From contig JAGVRI010000016.1 in NCBI GenBank assembly GCA_018606645.1, positions 16,790-80,789 on the forward strand: DNA of 64,000 bases. The letters are read 5' to 3'. How positions within the stretch are numbered: the stretch's first letter is position 1; each line of letters opens with the position of its first letter. Of the stretch, positions 47,758 to 57,624 are shown in pieces. Origin of the DNA: Chloroflexota bacterium (GTDB taxonomy: Bacteria > Chloroflexota > Anaerolineae > JAAYZQ01). Below the pieces are notes generated by a model. That model did not search any database. It was not told the DNA's origin and saw only the letters and a list, made by a program, of their open reading frames with translations. A program made the position numbers and the translations under genes.

Positions 47758-47839
47758 CTCTTTCCCTCCTGATGTGGCCTCCGATGCCAGCTTCTGAACC
47801 TGGTCGCACCGATCCGCAGTATACCATGTTTCGCTCGAT

Positions 47840-47868
47840 TTGTCACAACCCCCGCTTTTTGTTATAAT
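47840..47868 (+). promoter_or_regulatory. Promoter of the mtnP operon
   Basis: TTGTCA, 17 nt, TATAAT. Confidence 0.5.
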
Positions 47869-47927
47869 CGCCCCAGACCGGAAGCCAGGGTCCTCATTCG
47901 TTAGCGATCAACAGGGAGGCATCCATC

Positions 47928-48791
47928 ATGGGTGAGATTTCATTGGCCATCATTGGTGGCTCGGGGGTGTATGACATTGAGGCTCTCACCGACGTAGAGG
48001 AACGGCACATTTCCACTCCATTTGGGGATCCATCGGATAGTATCATCATTGGCACTCTGTCGGGCAAACGGATCGCCTTTCTACCCCGTCACGGGCGGGG
48101 GCACCGATTGACTCCCAGCGAAGTTCCCTACCGGGCCAATATCTGGGCGCTCAAGAGCCTGGGAGTGGAGCGCATTCTTTCGATCAGCGCCTGCGGGAGC
48201 ATGAAAGAGAAGTATGCGCCGCGCCATATCGTCATCCCGGACCAGATTTATGACCAGACCAAGAAGCGCGACTATACCTTCTTCGGGGATGGCCTGGTCG
48301 CCCATCTGGCCTTTGCCGAGCCTTTCTGTCCCCACCTGCGCGAGTTGCTCTATCAGGCGGTGAGCCGGGCCGGCGGGACGGTCCATTGGGGAGGGACCTT
48401 TCTGGTCATCGAAGGGCCACGCTTCAGTACCCGGGGAGAAAGCTCCATCTATCGGTCGTGGGGAGTCGACGTCATCGGCATGACCGCCGTTCCAGAAGCT
48501 CAACTGGCCCGCGAGGCCGAGATGTGCTATGCCACCATGGCCCATGTCACCGATTACGATGTGTGGCATGAGGAAGAGGAAGCGGTCAGCGTGCAGATGT
48601 TGATCGACAACCTGAACGCCAATGCGGCTCTCTCCAAGCAAACCCTGGCCGAGCTGGTGCCGTTGCTCCCGGATGAGCGCCTCTGCGATTGCGGCCAGGC
48701 TCTGGCCACCGCGATCATCACCCGTCGGGACCTGATCCCCAGGGCCAAGATCGAACAACTGCGTCCGATTGTGGGCAAGTATTTCGAATGA
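47928..48791 (+). CDS. mtnP: S-methyl-5'-thioadenosine phosphorylase
   Basis: IIGGSGVY, FLPRHGRGH, SACGS, GMT motifs of the MTAP/PNP family. Confidence 0.85.
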   Translation: MGEISLAIIGGSGVYDIEALTDVEERHISTPFGDPSDSIIIGTLSGKRIAFLPRHGRGHRLTPSEVPYRANIWALKSLGVERILSISACGSMKEKYAPRHIVIPDQIYDQTKKRDYTFFGDGLVAHLAFAEPFCPHLRELLYQAVSRAGGTVHWGGTFLVIEGPRFSTRGESSIYRSWGVDVIGMTAVPEAQLAREAEMCYATMAHVTDYDVWHEEEEAVSVQMLIDNLNANAALSKQTLAELVPLLPDERLCDCGQALATAIITRRDLIPRAKIEQLRPIVGKYFE

Positions 48792-49720
48792 TCCCGATCG
48801 TGGAGTGTGTCCCCAATTTCAGCGAGGGTCGCCGGCCCGAGGTCGTAGATCTGATTGTGGCGGCCATGGCCGAGGTGGCCGGGGCGCGGGTGCTCAATGT
48901 CCAGTCGGACCCAGACCACAACCGCTCGGTGGTGACGCTGATCGGCCCTCCGGAGTCGATGGTCGAGGCCGCCTTCCGCGGGATCGCCCGGGCCGCAGCA
49001 CTGATTGACATGAACCGCCACCAGGGAGCGCATCCCCGCATCGGGGCGACCGATGTCGTGCCCTTTGTGCCACTGCGCGGAGTGACCATGTCCGACTGTG
49101 TGGCTCTGGCGCGTCGTCTGGGTGAGCGGGTGGGTAGCGAGTTGGGTATTCCGGTCTATCTCTATGAAGCGGCTGCCACCCGACCCGATCGGCGGGACCT
49201 GGCCGAGATCCGGCGCGGCGAATATGAACGACTCAAGGAAGAGATCGCTACCCATCCGGATCGGTTTCCCGATTTCGGCCCGGCAGTGATGGGTCCGGCC
49301 GGGGCGACGGTGATCGGCGCCCGCCCACCGTTGATCGCCTTCAACGTCTACCTCAACTCGTCTGATCTGTCAATTGCCAGGGCCATCGCCAAGGCAGTGC
49401 GCCATTCCAGCGGCGGTCTGCGTTTTGTCAAGGCCATCGGCTTATTGGTCGGGGGCCAGGCCCAGGTGTCGATGAACCTGACCGATTACCAGCAAACCCC
49501 CATTCACCGCGTAATGGAGCTGATCCGGACCGAGGCAGCCCACCATGGTCTCTCGGTCACCCGCAGCGAGATCGTCGGACTGGTGCCGCTGGAAGCCCTG
49601 GTCCAGGCGGCCCGATTCTACCTCCAATTGCACGATTTCTCGCCGGACCAGATCCTGGAGAACTGGCTGCTGGAGAACGGACCCACCGGCGAGGAGGACT
49701 CGAATGCCGATCTTGGTTGA
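48788..49720 (+). CDS. Glutamate formimidoyltransferase
   Basis: ECVPNFSEGRRPEVV N-terminus characteristic of the FTCD_N family; ATGA overlap with mtnP. Confidence 0.85.
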   Translation: MIPIVECVPNFSEGRRPEVVDLIVAAMAEVAGARVLNVQSDPDHNRSVVTLIGPPESMVEAAFRGIARAAALIDMNRHQGAHPRIGATDVVPFVPLRGVTMSDCVALARRLGERVGSELGIPVYLYEAAATRPDRRDLAEIRRGEYERLKEEIATHPDRFPDFGPAVMGPAGATVIGARPPLIAFNVYLNSSDLSIARAIAKAVRHSSGGLRFVKAIGLLVGGQAQVSMNLTDYQQTPIHRVMELIRTEAAHHGLSVTRSEIVGLVPLEALVQAARFYLQLHDFSPDQILENWLLENGPTGEEDSNADLG

Positions 49721-50192
49721 TGGTCACAACCTCATCGGTCGGCTTCCAGCGCTTTCGTTGCACGACCCCGACGACGAAGAGAAGCTCATCCAGGTCCTTC
49801 AGGTCTTCCGCACCAGGAAAAGAAAGGCAATGACGGTCGTGTTCGATCCTGGAGAGTCGTATGCCTTGCCCGCGAGTCGGCGGCAGGGCGGCGTCGAGGT
49901 GGTGTATGCCCCCCACGGCAGCAGCGCCGATGCGATCATCGTTCAGCGGGTCCAGCGCAGCCGTCGTCCCGATGACTGGTTGGTGGTCACCTCGGATCGA
50001 CTCCTGGCGGAGAAGGTCACAAGGCTGGGAGCCAGGGTGCAGAGCTCTGAAGCCTTTGCCGCCGAACTGGACTCCCTGCACAGCGCAACCTCTGCCTGGA
50101 AGGACAGACCGCTCTCCCCTGCTGAAGTCGAAAAATGGCTGGCATTGTTCGGCTCTCAAGAGCGATCCGACGTCGTGGACTCTTCCAGGTGA
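49704..50192 (+). CDS. YacP-like NYN domain protein (predicted RNase)
   Basis: MPILVDGHNLIG...SADAIIV...LVVTSD; GAGGAGGA RBS; 17-nt overlap with the upstream gene. Confidence 0.7.
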   Translation: MPILVDGHNLIGRLPALSLHDPDDEEKLIQVLQVFRTRKRKAMTVVFDPGESYALPASRRQGGVEVVYAPHGSSADAIIVQRVQRSRRPDDWLVVTSDRLLAEKVTRLGARVQSSEAFAAELDSLHSATSAWKDRPLSPAEVEKWLALFGSQERSDVVDSSR

Positions 50193-50237
50193 AATAACTG
50201 TCCTGTATTGCATCATAGAACCGAGGAGGGAGCCATC

Positions 50238-51743
50238 GTGGACCAAGTGATTCTGGCTCTGGATCAGGGGACCACCAGTTCGAGGGCTATCCTCTTTGAT
50301 CGGGCCGGGCGGTTGGTAGCAGCGGCTCAGGAGGAGTTTCCTCAGATTTACCCACAACCAGGATGGGTGGAACACGACCCGGAAGCGATCTGGGGTACCC
50401 AGTTGCGTACTGCCCGACAGGTACTGCAAAAGGCCGGCGTAGAAGCCCGGCAGGTGGCGGCCATCGGCATCACCAACCAGCGGGAGACCTCTGTGATCTG
50501 GGACCGGGAGACTGGCGCGCCCCTCCATAATGCCATTGTCTGGCAATGCCGCCGCACCGCCGCGATGTGCGACCAACTGCGGGCGCAGGGGTGGGCGGAT
50601 CCGATCCGCCACAAGACCGGGCTGGTCATTGATGCCTATTTCTCAGGCACCAAGGTCGCCTGGCTCCTAGAACAGGTACCCGGCTTGCGCCAAAAAGCGG
50701 AGCGAGGGCAGGCGCTTTTTGGGACGGTAGATTCCTTCCTGATCTGGCGCCTGAGCGGGGGACGGCTGCACGTGACCGATGTCAGCAATGCCTCGCGGAC
50801 GATGCTCTTTAATATTCACACCCTGGATTGGGATGATGAGATCCTGACGGAGCTACGAATCCCCCGCGCCATGCTTCCTTCGGTCCACCCTTCCTCAAGT
50901 TGGTACGGTCTGAGCGATGCCCGGTTCCTGGGGGCGGAAGTGCCGATTGCCGGGGCTGCGGGCGATCAGCAGGCGGCGCTCTTTGGTCAGACCTGTTTTG
51001 CGCCGGGACAGGCCAAGAACACCTATGGTACCGGTTGCTTCTTGCTGCTCAATACCGCAGAGCGAGCGGTGGCTTCCAACCGGGGACTGCTGACGACCAT
51101 CGCCTGGCAACTCGGGGCGGGGCAAGGGAATCGCTCTCCGATATATGCCCTGGAGGGAAGCGTCTTTATCGCCGGAGCGGCGATCCAGTGGTTGCGCGAT
51201 GGGTTGAGGATCATCCATCATGCCGCCGAGAGCGAAACTCTGGCCGGGCAGGTAGCCGACAGCGGGGGCGTTTATTTCGTGCCGGCGTTCGTCGGCCTGG
51301 GTGCGCCCTATTGGGATGCCTACGCGCGGGGCACGATCGTCGGCGTGACCAGAGGGACCGACCGCCGGCACCTGGTCCGCGCCGCCCTGGAGGCCATCTG
51401 CTATCAGAGCCGCGATGTACTGGAGGCCATGGTCGCCGATTCGGGCATCCAGTTGCAGGCCCTCCGCGCCGATGGCGGGGCGGCGGCCAACAACCTGCTG
51501 ATGCAACTGCAGGCCGACCTCCTGGGCGTGCCGGTCCAGCGGCCGGCCGTCACCGAAACCACCGCGTTGGGCGCGGCCTATCTGGCCGGACTGGCCGTGG
51601 GCTATTGGTCCGGGCTAGACGAGATCGCGGCCCAGTGGCAGGTGGAGGCCGAGTTCAGGCCGACCATGGCCGCAGCCGAACGGGACGCGCTCTATGCCGG
51701 CTGGCAACGCGCCGTGCAGCGCGCCCGAGATTGGGCCAGGTGA
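50238..51743 (+). CDS. glpK: Glycerol kinase
   Basis: [41 protein letters not shown]; GTG at 50238 after GGAGGG. Confidence 0.9.
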   Translation: MDQVILALDQGTTSSRAILFDRAGRLVAAAQEEFPQIYPQPGWVEHDPEAIWGTQLRTARQVLQKAGVEARQVAAIGITNQRETSVIWDRETGAPLHNAIVWQCRRTAAMCDQLRAQGWADPIRHKTGLVIDAYFSGTKVAWLLEQVPGLRQKAERGQALFGTVDSFLIWRLSGGRLHVTDVSNASRTMLFNIHTLDWDDEILTELRIPRAMLPSVHPSSSWYGLSDARFLGAEVPIAGAAGDQQAALFGQTCFAPGQAKNTYGTGCFLLLNTAERAVASNRGLLTTIAWQLGAGQGNRSPIYALEGSVFIAGAAIQWLRDGLRIIHHAAESETLAGQVADSGGVYFVPAFVGLGAPYWDAYARGTIVGVTRGTDRRHLVRAALEAICYQSRDVLEAMVADSGIQLQALRADGGAAANNLLMQLQADLLGVPVQRPAVTETTALGAAYLAGLAVGYWSGLDEIAAQWQVEAEFRPTMAAAERDALYAGWQRAVQRARDWAR

Positions 51744-51750
51744 ACAAAAC

Positions 51751-51783
51751 AGGCCCTTCGGGTCTTTGAGACCCGAAGGGCCT
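51751..51783. terminator. Bidirectional intrinsic terminator hairpin
   Basis: AGGCCCTTCGGGTCT-TTGAG-ACCCGAAGGGCCT between convergent glpK and the carboxypeptidase gene. Confidence 0.7.
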
Positions 51784-51791
51784 GGGTCCAA

Positions 51792-54197
51792 TTACTCTAG
51801 TCCGCTGTAGATGGCGTTGGCCACGATGCGGAACAGGTCCTCGGGGTGGGCGCGAAAGATGGGGTCCATCCCGATCAGGGTCGCATCCTGCGCGTCTTTC
51901 TCCCAGCGGATGACGATCGGCTTGCCGCCCGCCCCACTGGTCTGCCAGCCTGGCCAGTAGCCGGAGACCAGGAAGTTCGGATCGTCGTCGTAAATCGAGA
52001 TGGCGCGTTGCACTCCTGAGCCGAGGGCATCGAAGGTGTAGGGCGGATTGACAAAGCCATAACCCACCGGATCGAACCCGGCGGCCACAGGGTTGGTCAG
52101 ATCGTACTCCAGGCGGAGGATGGCGTCCACGGCGCCGGCATAACTCTTGTAGGTGAAGGGGAAGAGGTTATATTGCTCTGCACTGACCAGACGTATGCCG
52201 GAGCTGCCGAGGCCAATGTAATCTTTGCCGGCGGCCAGGTAGTTCTGCAACGCAGCCCGCCCGGTGGGGTTCAGGCCAGAACTGCCCCGATGGATGCTGT
52301 TGTTGATGAACAGGTCATAGCCCATCAAGGCCTGATCGCTGGTGTTGAGGGTGGCGACGGTGATGACGTCAAAGTTGAAACCGAAGCGGCGCAACTGGAA
52401 GCGACCGGCCACATCCAATGCGGCGGCGATGCGGAGCTGGCGCAGCGGCACTGACCCGGCCGGCAGGTTGCTCAAGGCCAAGAGGTCCAATCCCCACTGG
52501 CTGGCCAGTTCGTTGGCGATCGACTTGGCGCCAGGGGAGCTGGCCGGGAGGATGAACACCCCGGCGTCAAAGCTGCGGCCACGGTCGGTGAACGGCGCCT
52601 GCGCCCGGAGCAATGGCACGCCACGGGCCAATAGTTCGTTTGTCGCCTGGATGGCGGCGATGCTGGTGGGTAGGTAGGCATAGGCTTTGGCCTTACCGCC
52701 CTCCACCGAACCTTGCGCCCGATCGGCGCTCCGGATCGGATGGGTGGCGATCGCCATCGGCTCTTCCATGGCTGCAATATGGACGCCCCACAGCCTCGGC
52801 AGGCTCCATACGGTGGGCGGCGAGTAAAACGCCAGGCCGGGGATGTTCGACAGGTCCAGCCCATCGGACAGGAGCGTGTTGACCAATCCGCGCTTGGGCT
52901 GGTCCACCCAGACCACATAGGTCCCCTTCGGATACTGGACGCCATCCAGCGTAAACGATTGGCTGGCCTGCTCGACCTCCAGGCCATTGTCCAGCAGGAA
53001 ATTCACCAGCCGGGCCGGCGCCTGCGGGCTCAACTGGAAGGGGACGTCCGCCGGAATGATATATGCCTCGGGGAAGTGGGTGGTGATCACATCCTGGTAT
53101 TGAGGCCATTCGGGCAGCAGTTCGGGTGGGATCGGGACCTGGGGCAGGTCGAGGAAGCCGCGCTTAAAGATCTCGATCTGGTCGCGGACCATGGCCTCGC
53201 CGTTCTGGGCGGCGAATTTGAGCGCGCCCCAGACCGCCCAGTAGTGGGCATCCACCCCCCGGCTATCCCGATAGGGCGTCTCCAGCGTATGGCCGTAGGC
53301 CCCGTGGAACATGGCGAACATCGGTACATAGGTTGGGGCCCAGTCGTCCCAAGTCATCGGCCAATCCCGATAGGGGATGTTGGCCACGAAGCCGGTCCGG
53401 GCATTGAGCTCAGCCTCCATCGCCTCGGCCTGAGCCCAGGCCCAGCGGATGAACAGGTCATATTCATAGTTGGGGTTGTGGGGCGGAGTGCACGGCTCGA
53501 TGATCATCGGATTGGCAAAGCCATGCAGATCGATCACGACCATCGGGTTCCACTCGGCAAAGATGCGGGCCGTGATCCGGCTTTCGGGTTGGGACTGGGT
53601 AATAAAGTCACGGTTGACGTCAAAGCCGTTGGCGTTGCCGCGCTGGCCGAGCACCCGTCCGTCCGGGTTCTGGACGACGTTGATCAACACGATCAGGTTA
53701 TCCAGGATCATCCGGGTTTCTTCGCTGTCGTCAAAGGCCAGCGTCTCGATCAGGCGCATGGCCGCGTCCACGCCCGGATATTCCGCACCGTGGATGCTGG
53801 CATTGATAAAGAAGGGCACTTTCACGTCGCCCAAGCGGTCGATCATCGCCTGGGCCTGTTCCGGGTCCTTTAGCATTGTCTGACGGATAGCCTGGTAATC
53901 GCCCAGGCGGCCCATCGCCTCCGGCGCCGAGATGGTGACCAGGAACAGGTTCCGGCCACCGGCGGACTGGCCGATCACCTCGACCCGCACCCGGTTGCTG
54001 GCCAATTCGATCTCGCGCAGCCTGGGTGCGATCTCGGAATAGAGGATGGAATCATAATAGGGAGATGGGTTCTCCGGCTCGGGAGTCACCTCCCACCACC
54101 GGCCCTGATCGGCAAATACGCTGGCCGGCATCACCAGCACAACCACGCACAAGAGCGCAATTACACTCCAGCGCGCTCTAAGGTTTAGGCCCTCCAT
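51792..54197 (-). CDS. Secreted M14 family zinc carboxypeptidase (large, multidomain)
   Basis: Signal peptide; the HxxE zinc motif IHGAEYPG, NPDG, and DLHG further on; start at 54197 has the best spacing from AGGAG. Confidence 0.8.
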   Translation of the reverse strand: MEGLNLRARWSVIALLCVVVLVMPASVFADQGRWWEVTPEPENPSPYYDSILYSEIAPRLREIELASNRVRVEVIGQSAGGRNLFLVTISAPEAMGRLGDYQAIRQTMLKDPEQAQAMIDRLGDVKVPFFINASIHGAEYPGVDAAMRLIETLAFDDSEETRMILDNLIVLINVVQNPDGRVLGQRGNANGFDVNRDFITQSQPESRITARIFAEWNPMVVIDLHGFANPMIIEPCTPPHNPNYEYDLFIRWAWAQAEAMEAELNARTGFVANIPYRDWPMTWDDWAPTYVPMFAMFHGAYGHTLETPYRDSRGVDAHYWAVWGALKFAAQNGEAMVRDQIEIFKRGFLDLPQVPIPPELLPEWPQYQDVITTHFPEAYIIPADVPFQLSPQAPARLVNFLLDNGLEVEQASQSFTLDGVQYPKGTYVVWVDQPKRGLVNTLLSDGLDLSNIPGLAFYSPPTVWSLPRLWGVHIAAMEEPMAIATHPIRSADRAQGSVEGGKAKAYAYLPTSIAAIQATNELLARGVPLLRAQAPFTDRGRSFDAGVFILPASSPGAKSIANELASQWGLDLLALSNLPAGSVPLRQLRIAAALDVAGRFQLRRFGFNFDVITVATLNTSDQALMGYDLFINNSIHRGSSGLNPTGRAALQNYLAAGKDYIGLGSSGIRLVSAEQYNLFPFTYKSYAGAVDAILRLEYDLTNPVAAGFDPVGYGFVNPPYTFDALGSGVQRAISIYDDDPNFLVSGYWPGWQTSGAGGKPIVIRWEKDAQDATLIGMDPIFRAHPEDLFRIVANAIYSGLE

Positions 54198-54506
54198 TGG
54201 CATTGCTCCTTTCTTTTTGGCTTGGGATAAGAATCCACAGTTCCCCGGCTTCTGTCCACTCTGATATGGCACCTACACCGGAGTGGCAAACGGCGCGGTG
54301 CCAGGTATCCGGGACAGGCTCAGCACAAATGCCTCACTCAGTCGGTATCACCACCCCCTTTCTTGTGCAAGAGGACTGTCCGGGCTGTGATGGAGCGCAT
54401 AAATACCAAAACGCGGATGTCAGAGGCCAGACTTGAACCTGCGCCGCCATCCGACCGGGTTCCGGCGCCGTTGCCGGCTATGTCATTGACATCGGGGACC
54501 AATTAT

Positions 54507-54535
54507 ATTATAGCGCCTTGAGCCCACGCTGTCAA
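54507..54535 (-). promoter_or_regulatory. Perfect consensus promoter about 300 nt upstream of the carboxypeptidase gene
   Basis: Minus strand TTGACA (54535..54530), 17 nt, TATAAT (54512..54507). Confidence 0.5.
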
Positions 54536-54650
54536 GGCTCGTTGATGTTATGTAAAGTTTAAATTTCCGGCTAAGGGAGCTTTTGGCGCAATCTTTGTTC
54601 TGCCCGTTCTCGGCAAGAGCATTGCATTCTCTCGCCGTCGTGGGCCGAGA

Positions 54651-55799
54651 TCACTCCAGACGTCGGGCGATATTGTGCCACGCCAAGGACCAGGTGAGCA
54701 CCGCCAGGCCGACCAGAGTCAGGACCTGCGGCCACAACTCCATCCACCCCGCGCCCTTTAGCATGAGGCTGCGGGTGATCACCAGATAGTGCTGGAGAGG
54801 GGAAAAACGGGAGACGAACTGCAGGAGGGTTGGCATGTTCCGGACCGGGACCAGAAAGCCAGAGAAGGTAATCTCCATCATGGCCAGGATAAACACCAGA
54901 AGGATGGCCTGTTGTTGGGTGCGCGACAGGGCGGATATGGTCAACCCCCAACCAACGACCACCAGGATAAAAGGCAGGGTAAAGACCGCGAGGAGCAGGA
55001 GAGAGCCGTTCATCGGGACCTGGAAGATCGCCCGGCCCACGGCCCACATCCCCCAGAAGTTCAACCCGCCTACCGCCACCGCCGGGATTCCCTTGCCCAG
55101 GGCCAGTTCAAGGCGATTCAACGGTGTGACGATCAGTGCTTCCAGCGTCCCCAGTTCACGCTCCCGGGCCAGGCCGAGAGACGCCACGGCCAATGTGACC
55201 TGATAGAGGATAAACCCCAATTGAGCTGGGATGGAAAAGTCGCGAAAGTCCATCGCCGGATTAAAGCGTACGTCGGTGCGAAAGTCAATCCACTCGGGCG
55301 TGATCAATCCGTAGCCAGCGGCCAAGTCGGAAGAGATGCGGCTTACCACCCCGCTCACGGTACTGATCATCACCGAGCCAGCGAGGATATTGGTGCCGTC
55401 AACCAGGACTCGGATCCGCGGTGGAGGACTGACGCTCTTGAGTCGTGACGAGAAATCGGCCGGGATCACTATCGCCAGCCGGGCCTGGCCTTGATCCAGG
55501 AGGCGGCGCAACTCTTCCTCTCGCCGGACATAGTATCGCAGCTCGACCTCTTCGGCATTATCCAGTCGAGTGATCAGTTCGCGGCTGGCCTGGCTGTGAT
55601 CCAGATCGAGAACGGCCAGGGGTTGCTCACTCACCCCCCGCTCGATGGCCCGCGCCATCAAGATCAATTGCAATGCAGGGACCAGGAGGATGAAGGTCAG
55701 TAATACCCGGTCCCGGCGGAGCTGAATCAACTCTTTTGCGATCAGGGTTCCAATCCGGAGGAGCCCCTCGGCGACGCGTCCGATCCAGGTGAGACTCAT
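54651..55799 (-). CDS. ABC-2 type transporter permease (YbhR/YhhJ-like)
   Basis: N-terminal TM, large extracytoplasmic loop, then 5 TM helices; ABC2_membrane_3 layout. Confidence 0.8.
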   Translation of the reverse strand: MSLTWIGRVAEGLLRIGTLIAKELIQLRRDRVLLTFILLVPALQLILMARAIERGVSEQPLAVLDLDHSQASRELITRLDNAEEVELRYYVRREEELRRLLDQGQARLAIVIPADFSSRLKSVSPPPRIRVLVDGTNILAGSVMISTVSGVVSRISSDLAAGYGLITPEWIDFRTDVRFNPAMDFRDFSIPAQLGFILYQVTLAVASLGLARERELGTLEALIVTPLNRLELALGKGIPAVAVGGLNFWGMWAVGRAIFQVPMNGSLLLLAVFTLPFILVVVGWGLTISALSRTQQQAILLVFILAMMEITFSGFLVPVRNMPTLLQFVSRFSPLQHYLVITRSLMLKGAGWMELWPQVLTLVGLAVLTWSLAWHNIARRLE

Positions 55800-56911
55800 G
55801 CTATCCTTTTCTTGAACAGCAGCAGCCCGAGCCCGACCGCGCCCACTCCCATTCCCAGGAGAACCAAAGCAGGACGCAGCATGTGGGTCAGACCTAACCC
55901 TTTCAGGAAGATGGACCGACTGATATCCACAAAGTGGGTGCTAGGAAGGGCAGACGAGATAAGATACGCTGACCACGAACTGGTGCTCACCGGCGTGATC
56001 AGCCCGGCCAGGAAGAAGCTGGGAACCAGAAAGATGAGCAAGACCGTGAAGAGCGCTGTTTGCTGGCTTTTGACAAAGCTGGCGATGACGATCGTCACCC
56101 CCATGCAAGCCAGAAAATAGAGCCCGACCAGCCCCAGGTAGAGGATCAGGTTGCCCCGGAAGGGTACCCGGAACCACAGCACGGCCACCAGCCAGGCAAG
56201 AACCGCACTGACCAGACCGGTCACCGCGTACGCCAGGAATTTGCCGGTGAAATACTCCAAACCCGACACAGGGCTGACGAACAGGTTCTCCAGGGTGCTC
56301 GTTTCTTTTTCTCTTGCCAGCGCCAGGGCAAAGGCCATGGTGGGCATGAGCAGTACAATGGCCATCAGACCCGGTACCATACTGAAGAGCGATTCCAGGC
56401 CGGCATTGTACCAGACTTGAGTAGAGACCTCGATCAGTTCGGTCCTTTTCAACCCGCTTGGCCGGCTTCTCGCCGCGGCAAAGACCTGCGACCGGGCGGT
56501 GAGGGAAGCGCTCACCTGTCGGCCGGCGAGGGGATCCGTGCCATCGATGATCGCCTGCACCGGAGCGGGTTGCCCCCCTTGTAACTTCGCGGCAAAGCCT
56601 GGGGGGATAACCAGGGCTGCTTCTGCCTCCCCCCGGCGCAGAAGGGGAAGGATCTGATCATAGCGGTCCAGGTGGGCCACCACGACCAGATCCTGGTCAC
56701 TGGTCAGAGTGGCCAGGTATTGGCGCGAAAGGGGAGTGCGATCCAGGTCCAGCACGGCGAGTTCCAGATGTTCGACCTCGAAAGAAAAGATGTAGGACAG
56801 GAGAAAGAGCAAGAACGCCGGCGAGATCGTCACCAGGAAAAGGTTCCGTGGATCGCGGACGATGTGCAGCATCTCCTTGCGGACGACGGCTATCATGCGA
56901 TGCCACGACAT
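55796..56911 (-). CDS. ABC-2 type transporter permease (paralog)
   Basis: Same architecture; 4-nt overlap with the downstream paralog. Confidence 0.8.
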   Translation of the reverse strand: MSWHRMIAVVRKEMLHIVRDPRNLFLVTISPAFLLFLLSYIFSFEVEHLELAVLDLDRTPLSRQYLATLTSDQDLVVVAHLDRYDQILPLLRRGEAEAALVIPPGFAAKLQGGQPAPVQAIIDGTDPLAGRQVSASLTARSQVFAAARSRPSGLKRTELIEVSTQVWYNAGLESLFSMVPGLMAIVLLMPTMAFALALAREKETSTLENLFVSPVSGLEYFTGKFLAYAVTGLVSAVLAWLVAVLWFRVPFRGNLILYLGLVGLYFLACMGVTIVIASFVKSQQTALFTVLLIFLVPSFFLAGLITPVSTSSWSAYLISSALPSTHFVDISRSIFLKGLGLTHMLRPALVLLGMGVGAVGLGLLLFKKRIA

Positions 56912-56967
56912 GTGAGGTTCCGTATAGTCAGAATGGGGCCGCGCCGTTGCGGCCCAGATACCGGATT

Positions 56968-57609
56968 TTACTTGGCCTCAAGCAGGGTGACCTGTCCTCC
57001 GTACAAACTGGCAAAACGCTGGCCATCGCCGGAGGTTCCGATGCCGGATCCATAATGCATCGGAACCACGATCTGGGGTTTGAGGGTACGCGCTGCTTCA
57101 GCCGCTTCTTCTGCCGTCATGACATAGATACCGCTCACCGGTAGAAGGGCCACCTCACAAGCAATGTCTGCCATTTCTGGGATATGATCGGTGTCCCCGG
57201 CAAAGTAGAGGCGCACTCCCTCGATGGTGACCACAAATCCAACATGGTTCGCATCGCGGGGATGGAAGGGGGTGCCCGGAGAACGGAACTTGTTGATGTT
57301 GTACGCCCTCACCGCCTCGATTTCCACCCCGGCGGCCGTCAGGCGGTCCCCCGGGCGGACGGCTCTGGCTCCAGGCAATTTGGCCGCCGCATCGGCACTG
57401 GCGATCACGACCGTCTGGGGGCCGCTGATCCGCTTCACATCATCGGGAGAGCAATGGTCAAAGTGCTCATGGCTGACCAGAATCAGGTCCGCAACCGGTT
57501 GTCGGCCGCGCAACTTCCACGGATCGAAATAGATGACCGGGGGGCCATCGAATCGAAAACTGTCGTGCCCCAGCCAATGAAGCTTCTTCACCAACTCCTC
57601 AGGTTTCAT
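56968..57609 (-). CDS. MBL-fold metallo-hydrolase (UPF0173-like)
   Basis: LILVSHEHFDH (HxHxDH) motif; 213 aa. Confidence 0.8.
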   Translation of the reverse strand: MKPEELVKKLHWLGHDSFRFDGPPVIYFDPWKLRGRQPVADLILVSHEHFDHCSPDDVKRISGPQTVVIASADAAAKLPGARAVRPGDRLTAAGVEIEAVRAYNINKFRSPGTPFHPRDANHVGFVVTIEGVRLYFAGDTDHIPEMADIACEVALLPVSGIYVMTAEEAAEAARTLKPQIVVPMHYGSGIGTSGDGQRFASLYGGQVTLLEAK

Positions 57610-57624
57610 CTTAACCCTCCTCTC

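Noticed and set aside
49557-50612. 351-aa minus-strand ORF
   Set aside because: It is antisense to the NYN-domain gene and the glpK 5' end, both of which have strong motifs and RBSs.
52713-53873. 386-aa plus-strand ORF
   Set aside because: It is antisense to the M14 carboxypeptidase gene and has no supporting signals.
54425-54439. tRNA-like T-loop (minus strand GGTTCAAGTCTGGCC)
   Set aside because: The flanking bases form only a 3-bp stem. No acceptor, D or anticodon arms could be drawn, so it is a chance match.
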